A stretch of DNA of 61,357 nucleotides from contig DAOTYA010000245.1 in the NCBI GenBank assembly GCA_034435075.1, forward strand, positions 1 through 61,357, in the 5' to 3' direction. The position numbers were made by a program, and so were the translations under genes. The notes under the pieces were generated by a model that made no database searches, was not told where the DNA came from, and saw only the letters and a program-made list of their open reading frames with translations. The DNA comes from Anaerolineae bacterium (GTDB lineage Bacteria; Chloroflexota; Anaerolineae; B4-G1). This document shows, one piece after another, positions 36,972-45,912 of this stretch (position 1 is the stretch's first letter; every line of letters starts with the position of its first letter).

Positions 36972-39359
36972 TCAACTGATCTCTCCTCCCCCTTCCGCTT
37001 CTTTCCAGAACTGTGCGACCTGTCGGGCAAGTAGCTGATGGTCAGGATGAGCCAGTTGCGGATCATCTTTAAAAAGACGTTGCGCTGCCTGACGGGCGCT
37101 CTCCACCAGCCGCAGATCGGTGACGCTGGCCAGCCTCAGCTCCGGGAAACCCGCCTGCCTGGTGCCCAGAAAATCGCCCGGGCCGCGCATCTCCAGGTCC
37201 TTCTGTGCCAGTACGAACCCGTCAAGTGTGGACTCAATCGCCTGGAGTCTCTCCCGTGCTTCCGGAGCGGAGGAATTGGCGATCAGCAGGCAGTAAGATG
37301 GATGGCTGCCCCGCCCAACCCGGCCGCGAAACTGGTGCAGTTGGGCCAATCCAAAGCGTTCGGCCCCTTCAATCAGGATCACCGTAGCATTGGGTACGTC
37401 TATCCCCACTTCAATGACGGATGTGGAAACCAGAATATCCAGCTCTCCCTGGGCGAAGCGGCGCATGGTGCTTTCCTTTTCCTCCCCTTTCATGCGCCCG
37501 TGCAGCAATCCCACCCGCAGGTCCGGGAAGACGTGCTTTTGAAGCCTCTCGTATTCCTCAACGGCCGCTGCGGCCTCAATGCTCTCGGATTCCTCGATCA
37601 GTGGGCAGATGATGAAAGCCTGACGTCCCTGGGCGACCTGGCTGCGCAGGAAGCTATAAGCCCTCTCCCGCTCGGCAGGCATAACCACGCGGGTCGTGAT
37701 CGGCTCGCGCCCCGGGGGCATCTCGTCAAGCACAGAGACGTCCAGGTTGCCCCAGATGGTCAGTTGGAGTGAGCGGGGGATCGGGGTGGCGGTCATTACC
37801 AGCAGATGAGGTGAATACCCCTTTTGGCGCAGTGCGGCTCGCTGGCGCACGCCAAAGCGATGCTGTTCGTCAATCACTGCCAGGGCCAACTCCTTAAACT
37901 GGACTCCTTCCTGGATCAACGCGTGGGTGCCGACGATGATGTCAATGCTGCCGTCGGCAAGGCCAGCATAAAGCTCATCCCGTTCGCGGGACGTGACGTT
38001 TCCGGTGAGGAGGCGGACTGTGGGTGGTTTGCCCGGCCAGTGTTCGAAGAGGCGGGTCAGAGTGTTGTAGTGCTGCTCGGCCAGGATGGCAGTGGGGGCC
38101 ATCAGAGCAGCCTGGGTACCGGCTGCTGCGGCGAGCGCCAGTGCTGCCGCAGCTACCACCGTTTTACCCGACCCCACATCCCCCTGAAGGAGACGGTTCA
38201 TCGGTCGCTCTGAGCGCAGGTCGTTCACGATCTGCTGGAGTACCCGTTGCTGTGCCCGCGTCAGCTTAAAAGGCAGGTTGTCAACAAAGCTTTGGAGCGC
38301 TGCCGTATCTATCCTTAGCGGCCGGCCGGGTTCCGCACGCCACTGTTGATACTGACGCAACAAACCGATCTGCAGCAGGAACAACTCGTCGAAGGCCAGT
38401 CGGTGACGGGCGCGTTTGAGCGTTGCCTGGCTTTCCGGAAAGTGAATCTGAGCCATGGCATCCCCCAGCCCCATCAGCTTTGCCTCCTGGATGATGGAGG
38501 GGGGCATGTAGTCGGTGAGCCGCCTGGACCAGTAATCTACCACATGTTTCATCAGATCGCGCAGCCATTTGGCGCTGATGCCCTGCACCAGGGGGTAGAC
38601 AGGCACAATACGTGCCGTGTGGATCAGGTCATTGTCAAGCGGCTCCCATTCCGGCGAGCTGAAGCACAGGCGCCCCATGTACTCGTCCACCTTGCCGCTG
38701 ACAGAGATATACTGACCACGTCTGATCTTATCGGCCAGGTAGGTCTGGTTAAACCAGGTAACGTCCACAAAACCGGTGCCATCAGAGAGTGTCACCCTGA
38801 ACAGCTCCCCACCGCCGCGCGTGCGGCGCGTGCCGGCATCCCACACCTGGGCGATGATGGTAACCTCCTCTCCATATTCAAGGCGATTGATGGTCTTAAG
38901 CTGGGAATAGTCGTTGTAACGGCGGGGAAACAGGTAGAGCAGATCGCGTACGGTATGTACCCCCAGCCGGGCCAGCCGCCTGGCCTGCTTTGGTCCTACT
39001 CCCCGCAAGACTGTGACCGGAGCATCAAGGCCGGCATACTCCTTCTCAGGTCGGGGCTGAGTCCCGGCAGCCTTTTGCTCCGCGGGCGCGGCCCTGGTGG
39101 TGGGCGCCTGTTTGAGCAAGCCGTGCAAGGCCGTCAGTGCCTCTCTGCGAGCAGCACTATCAGGCAGGGCGCTGTAAGTACGTAACCTCCTGGCTACTTC
39201 TTCATACCAAGCTGAGGCTTCCATCCCGAATACCTGGCCTGCCTGGCGCAGCCAGGTGTCGGTGTACCTGGACAGGCCACCCACCATCGCCTTGTCCTCA
39301 TAGCCCTTTTCTGCTTCCAGTTGAAGGATCTTGGTCAGCTTCTCAACCGGGTTGGCCAT
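36972..39359 (-). CDS. recG: ATP-dependent DNA helicase RecG
   Basis: 795 aa with a wedge/OB N-terminus, Walker A GDVGSGKT, the DEQHRFGV box and a helicase C-terminal domain. Confidence 0.94.
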   Translation of the reverse strand: MANPVEKLTKILQLEAEKGYEDKAMVGGLSRYTDTWLRQAGQVFGMEASAWYEEVARRLRTYSALPDSAARREALTALHGLLKQAPTTRAAPAEQKAAGTQPRPEKEYAGLDAPVTVLRGVGPKQARRLARLGVHTVRDLLYLFPRRYNDYSQLKTINRLEYGEEVTIIAQVWDAGTRRTRGGGELFRVTLSDGTGFVDVTWFNQTYLADKIRRGQYISVSGKVDEYMGRLCFSSPEWEPLDNDLIHTARIVPVYPLVQGISAKWLRDLMKHVVDYWSRRLTDYMPPSIIQEAKLMGLGDAMAQIHFPESQATLKRARHRLAFDELFLLQIGLLRQYQQWRAEPGRPLRIDTAALQSFVDNLPFKLTRAQQRVLQQIVNDLRSERPMNRLLQGDVGSGKTVVAAAALALAAAAGTQAALMAPTAILAEQHYNTLTRLFEHWPGKPPTVRLLTGNVTSRERDELYAGLADGSIDIIVGTHALIQEGVQFKELALAVIDEQHRFGVRQRAALRQKGYSPHLLVMTATPIPRSLQLTIWGNLDVSVLDEMPPGREPITTRVVMPAERERAYSFLRSQVAQGRQAFIICPLIEESESIEAAAAVEEYERLQKHVFPDLRVGLLHGRMKGEEKESTMRRFAQGELDILVSTSVIEVGIDVPNATVILIEGAERFGLAQLHQFRGRVGRGSHPSYCLLIANSSAPEARERLQAIESTLDGFVLAQKDLEMRGPGDFLGTRQAGFPELRLASVTDLRLVESARQAAQRLFKDDPQLAHPDHQLLARQVAQFWKEAEGGGEIS

Positions 39360-39362
39360 ACC

Positions 39363-40202
39363 CTACCTGCCACTGACTGCTGCCACGCCCAATCCACGTG
39401 GCCCGACGTGAGCACCGACAACAGTGGTGACCACCACACTGATGAGCTTTTCCGGGGAGAACAAACCGGACAGCCGCTGACGTAACTCCTCCAGGTCGGG
39501 AGCATAGGTGTGAATCAGAGCCAGTCGCTCCAGTGGCCCAAGCGCCCGGACAAGCTCGACCAGCCTTTCGAGCGCCCGATGTCTGGTCCGGACTCGGCCT
39601 ATATCTCTCACCTTACCCTCCACCACTTCAATCATCGGCTTGATATTGAGAAGCTCAGCAGCTCTGGTCCGTGCCCAACCGACCCTTCCACTGCGGCGCA
39701 GGTATTCAAGCGTATCGAGTATCGCGTAGACGCGTACACGTGGCCTCATCGCTTCCAACATGGCCAGAATACTTGCTGCGCTTTCACCTCTGACGGCGGC
39801 CTCGGCCGCCGCGATGACCATCCAGCCCAACCCCATCGTGACCTGGCCCGAGTCCACCACATGTACCCTGACTTCAGGTACTTCCTGTGCTCCCAGTTGG
39901 GCGACGCTGTACATTCCGCTCAGGCTCGTGGCGAGCACAATGGTGACAATCTCATCCGCCTCTACGCTCAAAGCGCGATACACATGGGTAAACTCATGAG
40001 GCGGCGGCACGGACGTAGTCGGTGGCACTGGAAAGGTGGGCAGTTGAGCGTAGAACTCCTCTCTGCTCAGCCCCCCCGGTGCGTCCCGGTAACTCAGATT
40101 GCCAATCTGCACATATGCCGGTACAACAGTGATACGCAACTGCTCCGCCACGTCGGGCGGCACGTCGGAGGTGCTATCAGTGACTATCCGCACCTGTTTC
40201 AT
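39363..40202 (-). CDS. DegV family fatty-acid-binding protein (FakB-like)
   Basis: 279 aa with the N-terminus RIVTDSTSDVP typical of DegV. 1-nt overlap with the upstream degV stop. Confidence 0.88.
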   Translation of the reverse strand: MKQVRIVTDSTSDVPPDVAEQLRITVVPAYVQIGNLSYRDAPGGLSREEFYAQLPTFPVPPTTSVPPPHEFTHVYRALSVEADEIVTIVLATSLSGMYSVAQLGAQEVPEVRVHVVDSGQVTMGLGWMVIAAAEAAVRGESAASILAMLEAMRPRVRVYAILDTLEYLRRSGRVGWARTRAAELLNIKPMIEVVEGKVRDIGRVRTRHRALERLVELVRALGPLERLALIHTYAPDLEELRQRLSGLFSPEKLISVVVTTVVGAHVGPRGLGVAAVSGR

Positions 40203-41086
40203 CAGGACGTCGCCCTTCTATCCTTGCCTTCGTACACCACCAGCCCTATCCCATCAGGGCCGATATGGGAAGCCAGCAGCGGCCCATATGGTACAACAAG
40301 GAACTCTTTCCCCGGCAGGAGGGACTCCAGCCTTTCCCTGAGCACTCTGACATCCTCCGTGCGAGCAGCATTACTGCGGAGAATAGCGATACGCTCTATA
40401 TGTGAGAACTCGCCGACAAACTCGATCAACTTGTCCAGAGCCCGCTCGCGGTTGCGTGCCTTTTCCATTGGGATAATACGTCCCTCCTCGATTGCCAGGA
40501 AGGGACGAATTCCGAGCATGGTGCCCAGAACGGCCTGAGCCGGGCTGATGAGGCGGCTGCGCTCCAGGTAGTCCAGGGTCTCAGTCACGCAGACGATATA
40601 GATGCGCGGGATCAGCCCTCTTACCTGGCGCATAATCTCAGTCATAGAGGCAAATGTATTGGCCAGTCTGGCTGCCTCTTCCACCAGAATGCGCAGCCCC
40701 AGGGATAATGTTTCCGAATCCATGACCGCAATATCGCAGCGTCCCATGAACTCACGGGCTGCCCTTTCAGCCTCCCGACATACCATGCTAAGGCTGGCAG
40801 ATGAGTGTAGTGAGATGATTTTATCAGATTGACGTGTAAGCTCACCATAGATACGCCGGAACTGGGCAGCGGTTGGCCCGATAATAGAGAGGTGTACCCT
40901 CTCACTGGCCATACGCAGCAGTAATTCCTCATCGTTAAGATTGATACCGTCCTGGTAAACCTCCTCTTTTCTTCCATCCCTGCTGCTGACGCGTATGGTC
41001 ATGGGCACCACGGTGATACCCAACTCCCCGGCAACTTCCGGCTCAATAGCGGCTGCACTATCGGTGACGATCAGTACTTTGGACAC
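40202..41086 (-). CDS. DegV family fatty-acid-binding protein (FakB-like), second paralog
   Basis: The VLIVTDSAAAIEP N-terminus is reached from GTG 41086, just after the upstream stop and a GGGGG RBS. The ORF-track start at 41167 would overlap the upstream gene. Confidence 0.82.
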   Translation of the reverse strand: MSKVLIVTDSAAAIEPEVAGELGITVVPMTIRVSSRDGRKEEVYQDGINLNDEELLLRMASERVHLSIIGPTAAQFRRIYGELTRQSDKIISLHSSASLSMVCREAERAAREFMGRCDIAVMDSETLSLGLRILVEEAARLANTFASMTEIMRQVRGLIPRIYIVCVTETLDYLERSRLISPAQAVLGTMLGIRPFLAIEEGRIIPMEKARNRERALDKLIEFVGEFSHIERIAILRSNAARTEDVRVLRERLESLLPGKEFLVVPYGPLLASHIGPDGIGLVVYEGKDRRATS

Positions 41087-41094
41087 GGTACCCC

Positions 41095-42759
41095 CTATTC
41101 CACTGAGAGAATGTAGGGATAATGAGGTTGACCTCCAGCCACGACCTCGACTTCCTGATCGGGCCACTCCTGGGCTATCAATTCAGCAAGCGCCCGGGCC
41201 TCTTCATCGCTAACGTCTTCCCCATAGTAAAGGGTGATAATTTCCTTTTTTGAGGCGTCCATTTCCCGGAGCAATTTCCTGGCCACTTCTTCTATACTTG
41301 CACCGGAGACCTTGAGCTCGTCGTCATACAGGCCAATGAACTCACCGGAGTTGACGGTAACGCCGTTGATAGTGACCGAACGGGTGGCGGTGGTGATCTC
41401 GCCCGTGCACACCTGTTTGATCGCTTCACTCATCACGGCCACATTCATTTCCAGATCGGCCTGCGCGTTGAGTGCAAGCAGGGCAGCAATACCCTGGGGT
41501 ATGGAACGGCTTGGCACGACGGCCACCTTCTTGGAACTGAGCGCGCTGGCCTGCTGAGCGGCCAGGATAACATTGCCATTGTTAGGCAACACAATCACCT
41601 GGCGGGAGGGCAGGCTCTCGATAGCTTCCAGCAATTCCTGAGTGCTCGGGTTCATCGTCTGGCCGCCGTAGACGATTGCCCCGGCGCCAAGGCTTTGAAA
41701 TACGTGTGCCAGCCCATCACCCATTACAACGGCCACGACGCCCGGTTCCCTGGGAGGCGACGGCGGAGGCTGAACCGCAGCAGGCCCCTCACGCCCGGCG
41801 ATGAAGTCCCGGTACTGGGCCTGCATATCCTCGACTACAACCTCACGCAGAGAGCCAAGGCTGGCACCGTAGCTGATAGGGATGCCCGGATCGAGGACGT
41901 GGACGTGTACTTTGACCAGCGTCGGTTCACCCACTACCAGGGGACACTCCCCCATGGCAGCGATGCGCTCACGGATCGCCTCCACGTCAAGTCCCTGGCC
42001 GGCAATGAGGAACTGGACGTCGTAGCCGTATCCGGCCTCACCAGGGGCAAGCCCGGTAGTGACCAGGTCCACCGCCCCGCTCAGCTCCAGGTCCTGGGTC
42101 ACAGGCTCTCCGCGCATATAGCGCAGCATCCCCTCCAGGATCACCGCCAGGCCCTGGCCCCCTGCGTCCACCACACCGGCCTGTGCAAGCACCGGCAGCA
42201 ACGCCGGGGTCATTTTGACCGCTTCACGGGCGGCGACCACCATGCGCTCGAGGATGTATACCAGGTCCTCTGTTTCCTCTGCTACACGGGCGGCCTCGTC
42301 GGCTACGGCGCGGGCTACGGTGAGGATGGTCCCTTCAACCGGCTTGACCACCCCACGGTAAGCGGTTGCCGCCCCTTCCTGGCAGGCTGCGGCCAGGTCC
42401 CTGGCCCGGTAGACCTCCTTTTCGTCCAGGCTGCGCGCGAAACCCCGCCAGATCTGGGAGAGGATAACACCCGAGTTGCCCCGTGCTCCCATCAGTGCCC
42501 CGTGGGCCATCTGGCGCGCAACCCGTCCCACATTCCGCTCCGGCGAGTCTTTAATCTCGGCCCATGCTGACTGCATGGTCAGCACCATATTGGTGCCGGT
42601 ATCACCATCCGGCACCGGATATACGTTCAAAGCATTGATGGCAACCTGATGGCGCTGAAGCCACGCCAGTGCTGCCCTGATCAACTGTTTGAAGACCTGT
42701 CCGTCCGCGCTCAGACGTTTATCTCCATAAGTAGCCGGTACGCTGCTCTCAATCACCAC
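41095..42759 (-). CDS. DAK2-domain protein (YloV / fatty acid kinase FakA-like)
   Basis: 554 aa with an N-terminal DhaL/DAK2 pattern (NVYPVPDGDTGTNM) and a C-terminal DegV-like half. Conserved neighbourhood of asp23 upstream and degV/recG downstream. Confidence 0.88.
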   Translation of the reverse strand: MVIESSVPATYGDKRLSADGQVFKQLIRAALAWLQRHQVAINALNVYPVPDGDTGTNMVLTMQSAWAEIKDSPERNVGRVARQMAHGALMGARGNSGVILSQIWRGFARSLDEKEVYRARDLAAACQEGAATAYRGVVKPVEGTILTVARAVADEAARVAEETEDLVYILERMVVAAREAVKMTPALLPVLAQAGVVDAGGQGLAVILEGMLRYMRGEPVTQDLELSGAVDLVTTGLAPGEAGYGYDVQFLIAGQGLDVEAIRERIAAMGECPLVVGEPTLVKVHVHVLDPGIPISYGASLGSLREVVVEDMQAQYRDFIAGREGPAAVQPPPSPPREPGVVAVVMGDGLAHVFQSLGAGAIVYGGQTMNPSTQELLEAIESLPSRQVIVLPNNGNVILAAQQASALSSKKVAVVPSRSIPQGIAALLALNAQADLEMNVAVMSEAIKQVCTGEITTATRSVTINGVTVNSGEFIGLYDDELKVSGASIEEVARKLLREMDASKKEIITLYYGEDVSDEEARALAELIAQEWPDQEVEVVAGGQPHYPYILSVE

Positions 42760-42769
42760 GTGAATCTCT

Positions 42770-43126
42770 CTAATCTACGCTACTGACACGCAACCCTTCG
42801 ACATGGACGTTCACTTCGGCTACAGGAACGCCCAGGGCACGCTCGACACTGAATTTTACCACATTCATTACACTCTGGGCCACGGCGACTATACGCGTGC
42901 CGTACTCAATGATGACGTAGACGTCAATGAAAATCCGCCCATCCTGAATACGCACATCAATACCACGTCTATGCTCCCTGGAGAGGACCCCAACGATCCC
43001 AGAGGCCAGGTTTTTGTCAGAGGTGCCCACCACCCCGTAGCAACTCAACACAGCCTGATGCGCGATGCTGGCTATGGCTGCGAGTGAAACTTCTATACGT
43101 CCCAGACTCGATCTCTTTTCGGGCAT
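42770..43126 (-). CDS. Asp23/Gls24 family (alkaline shock protein-like) protein
   Basis: 118 aa from ATG 43126 (MPEKRSSLGRIEVSLAAIASIA...), with GGAGGG 8 nt upstream. The ORF-track extension to 43372 translates Family A and B repeats. Confidence 0.85.
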   Translation of the reverse strand: MPEKRSSLGRIEVSLAAIASIAHQAVLSCYGVVGTSDKNLASGIVGVLSREHRRGIDVRIQDGRIFIDVYVIIEYGTRIVAVAQSVMNVVKFSVERALGVPVAEVNVHVEGLRVSSVD

Positions 43127-43153
43127 AAGCATTACCCTCCGGTCCCTGCCAGA

Positions 43154-43312
43154 CTTAGAACCTATCCGAAAAACCGTACAAGCGGCATCCCTATGCCGCT
43201 TATACCGACGCATAGGGATGCGTCGGTTACGTTTTTCGGATAGGCACTTAGAACCTATCCGAAAAACCGTACGCATAGGGACGCGTCGGTTACGTTTTTC
43301 GGATAGGCACTT
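43154..43312. repeat. Family A repeats: full copy (43154-43247) plus a copy lacking one inner hairpin (43248-43312)
   Basis: CTTAGAACCTATCCGAAAAACCGTACAAGCGGCATCCCTATGCCGCTTATACCGACGCATAGGGATGCGTCGGTTACGTTTTTCGGATAGGCAC, followed by a shortened duplicate. Orientation is opposite to 19101-19254. Confidence 0.95.
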
Positions 43313-43339
43313 ATAACTGTGCTGCGCTTGCAACCTCAA

Positions 43340-43367
43340 TGTAGGACAACTGCTCGCATGTCCTACA
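43340..43367. repeat. Family B hairpin, variant copy
   Basis: TGTAGGACA-actgctcgca-TGTCCTACA. Relative to copies 1 and 3 (TAGGGCA / TGCCCTA), both arms changed together (G to A and C to T). Confidence 0.85.
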
Positions 43368-43443
43368 CTCACACTGTTTGCGTTAAAACCCTTGTTGTGG
43401 TATGATAGGCAAACCTGTCAAGCTTTCGGAGGTGATAAACGGT

Positions 43444-43635
43444 ATGGCAAAATGTGCGGTATGTGGCAAGAGTACACAATTCGGGCATAATGTAAGCCAT
43501 TCTAAAGTCGCAACCAGGCGTCAGTTCAGGCCCAACATCCAGATGGTACGGATCGAAATTGCAGGCACCAGGCGTCGGGCTTACGTATGCACCCGCTGCC
43601 TGAGAACGCTGAACAAGGAACGCCAGGCCGACTGA
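43444..43635 (+). CDS. rpmB: 50S ribosomal protein L28
   Basis: 63 aa, MAKCAVCGKSTQFGHNVSHSKVATRRQFRPN..., with GGAGGTGA 8 nt upstream of ATG 43444. Confidence 0.93.
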   Translation: MAKCAVCGKSTQFGHNVSHSKVATRRQFRPNIQMVRIEIAGTRRRAYVCTRCLRTLNKERQAD

Positions 43636-43663
43636 GTTATCCGATACCCCGCGAGTACTAAAC

Positions 43664-43712
43664 AACACGGATTTCCGCAGCGACACTGCGGAAACCCGTG
43701 TTTTTTGTTTTT
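43664..43712 (+). terminator. Rho-independent terminator after rpmB (possibly bidirectional, also facing rpe)
   Basis: The long hairpin AACACGGatTTCCGCAGcgacaCTGCGGAAacCCGTGTT is followed by TTTTTTGTTTTT. Confidence 0.8.
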
Positions 43713-43802
43713 CCAGTAGGGGCGCACGTTACCTGTATCCGCGCCTGGTGTGCCCGCCACCTGCACCCTGATCGCGCAATTTTCCACTGTTAACTATCGC
43801 AA

Positions 43803-44510
43803 TCAACTGGCCCTGAGTACGTCAGCAGCTAAAACGTCCCTGCGCCTCTCGGCCGACCGACGTATTGCCCTGATCGCCGCCGCAACACCTTCTGGCGCCT
43901 GGAAGATAGCCGTTCCAGCCACCAGCACTGTGGCGCCAGCAGCGGTGAGCAATGCAGCCGTTTCCACATCTACTCCGCCATCCACCTCCAGTTCAGCATT
44001 GCTACCTGCCTCTTCCAGCATTGCCCGCACCTGTCTCACCTTATGCAGAGTTCGCCCGATCAATTTTTGTCCGCCGAAACCGGGGTCTACCGTCATCACC
44101 AGCACCAGGTCCACGTCCTCCAGTATTTCACTGATCGCACAGGCCGGAGTGGCGGGATTCAGGGAAATGCCTGCCCTGACGCCAAGTGCACGGATGCGTT
44201 CCAGCACGCGATGAACATGCGGCGTGGCCTCGATGTGGACGGTCAGGATATTGGCGCCTGCCTCTGCGAAGGCAGAGACATACTGCATCGGATCGCTGAT
44301 CATCAGGTGCACGTCCAGCGGTACGTGCGTAATGTTGCGCAGGCAGCGTATTACCGGCGGCCCAACAGTGATGTTTGGCACAAAATGGCCGTCCATCACG
44401 TCCACGTGAATGTAATCCGCTCCGGCAGCTTCTGCCCTTTCTATTTCCTCAGCCAGGTGAGAGAAGTCCGCGGCCAGGATTGAGGGAGCGATCTTTATGT
44501 AATCACTCAT
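43803..44510 (-). CDS. rpe: Ribulose-phosphate 3-epimerase
   Basis: IAPSILAADF, HVDVMDGHFVPN and MTVDPGFGGQ motifs. Confidence 0.94.
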   Translation of the reverse strand: MSDYIKIAPSILAADFSHLAEEIERAEAAGADYIHVDVMDGHFVPNITVGPPVIRCLRNITHVPLDVHLMISDPMQYVSAFAEAGANILTVHIEATPHVHRVLERIRALGVRAGISLNPATPACAISEILEDVDLVLVMTVDPGFGGQKLIGRTLHKVRQVRAMLEEAGSNAELEVDGGVDVETAALLTAAGATVLVAGTAIFQAPEGVAAAIRAIRRSAERRRDVLAADVLRAS

Positions 44511-44628
44511 AGAGAGATATGATACACCGGGTCGTCAGATTTGACAACTTTGGAGTAGCGGGCGGGTGTCCGTCATATTTTTGCATGCTCCGGCTCAAGC
44601 CGGTCTCCAGACCACGCCCGACGCCGCA

Positions 44629-44706
44629 CCACCAGCCACAGTGTAGGGCAACTGCTAGCAGTTGCCCTAAAACCGTCTCGTGCAAAAAGTGACGAACACC
44701 CGCAGC
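44629..44706. repeat. Family B repeat, copy 3
   Basis: Hairpin TGTAGGGCAACTGC-ta-GCAGTTGCCCTA (44642-44669) and the AAAAAGTGACGAACACC box (44684-44700). Collinear with 1-124 apart from an indel of about 40 bp. Confidence 0.85.
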
Positions 44707-44758
44707 GGGCTGGCCGCCCGGCTCTCACACGGGCGCCGGGAAGGTATTCGCGAAATAA

Positions 44759-44854
44759 CTTAGTACCTATCCGAAAAACGTAACCGACGCATCCCTATGC
44801 GTCGGTATAAGCGGCATAGGGATGTCGCTTGTACGGTTTTTCGGATAGGCTCTT
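44759..44854. repeat. Family A repeat, full copy
   Basis: CTTAGTACCTATCCGAAAAACGTAACCGACGCATCCCTATGCGTCGGTATAAGCGGCATAGGGATGTCGCTTGTACGGTTTTTCGGATAGGCTCTT. Confidence 0.95.
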
Positions 44855-44957
44855 ATTCAGGAATATCCGTGCCCTGTTTTCGAAACGGTCAGGTGGCTGG
44901 CAGCCTGCCGGAGAGCTTTTCTCCTGCCAGACTGTGGTCCGGGGGCCACAGGCTGAG

Positions 44958-45149
44958 TAAGTGCCTATCCGAAAAACGTAACCGACGCATCCCTACGCGT
45001 CGGTATAAGCGGCATAGGGATGCCGCTAGTACGGTTTTTTCGGATAGGCTCTAAGAGCCTATCCGGGAATCGTAACCGACGCATCCCTACGCGTCGGTAT
45101 AAGCGGCATAGGGATGCCGCTAGTACGGTTTTTTCGGATAGGCTCTAAA
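44958..45149. repeat. Family A repeats: two head-to-tail full copies sharing the CTAAG junction
   Basis: 44958-45055 and 45053-45149 share private variants (CCCTACGCGTCGG; GCCGCTAGTACGGTTTTTT). The array ends 3 nt from the stop of the FHA-wHTH gene. Confidence 0.95.
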
Positions 45150-45151
45150 TA

Positions 45152-45796
45152 TCAGCGGTTCTCGAATCTGAACCCGTGCCCGCGGACGGTGATAATGTAC
45201 TGATGGTCAGGATCCAGCGCAGCGATACGCTCACGCAATCTGCGGACCAACGCATCAATAGCCTGCTCGGAGACCCCGAGGGCCTCCTCCTCGGACCACA
45301 CGGTGGCGACGACATCTTCGCGTGAGACGACCTGCCCTTCGTTATCAAGCAACAGCTCAAGCAACCGGTACTGCGCCGGGGAAAGCGGAGGGGTCAGCTC
45401 GTGCCCCCCGACGAATACCTTCCTGGCCGCTTTGTCAATGCGCAGTCCGCGGTTGGGACCTTCCAGTTCCAGGGGCAGGGTTGCGTCAGCTCCGACAAAG
45501 CCCATTTTGACACACAGCGCAATCTGGATTTCATCGCCATCTTTAAGCCGGTAAGGCTTATCCCCTATCTCCTGGCCGTTTACGTAGGTGCGGTTTTTGC
45601 TTCCCAGGTCTCGCAACAGGTATCCTCCATCGTCCCGCTCTATGCATGCATGGTGACGCGAAACCTGGCGTTCGGGTAAAATCACATCGCAATCCGTGCC
45701 GCGGCCGATCAGTATATAGTCCCGGTCTATAATCCACCGTTGTCCCTCAAGTTCCCCCTCATAGACGATCAGCATAGGCATATCCTGATGTATCAT
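45152..45796 (-). CDS. FHA domain fused to an OmpR/PhoB-type winged-helix DNA-binding domain
   Basis: 214 aa. N-terminal FHA pattern (ILIGRG..CDVIL....VSRHHACI......L.DLGSKNRTYVNG) and a C-terminal trans_reg_C pattern (LTPPLSPAQYRLLELLL...G.VVSRE......W........A.D..V.RLR.....D....I.TVRGHGFRF). Confidence 0.85.
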   Translation of the reverse strand: MIHQDMPMLIVYEGELEGQRWIIDRDYILIGRGTDCDVILPERQVSRHHACIERDDGGYLLRDLGSKNRTYVNGQEIGDKPYRLKDGDEIQIALCVKMGFVGADATLPLELEGPNRGLRIDKAARKVFVGGHELTPPLSPAQYRLLELLLDNEGQVVSREDVVATVWSEEEALGVSEQAIDALVRRLRERIAALDPDHQYIITVRGHGFRFENR

Positions 45797-45912
45797 ACTC
45801 CACCTCCTGCGATCGCAGGCCCGGCCCTGCGAGCAGACACCTGTCTTGACAGAATCGGCCTTATCACGTATGATGGTGTACCATACGCCGCATCCGGGAG
45901 AAGAAGAAGGCC

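Noticed and set aside
44759-45149. The repeated ~95-bp units looked superficially like a CRISPR array.
   Set aside because: The units are directly abutting or separated by one irregular 103-bp spacer, are internally nested palindromes about 90 bp long, and occur dispersed in both orientations at seven other loci. No regular repeat-spacer periodicity exists and there are no cas genes.
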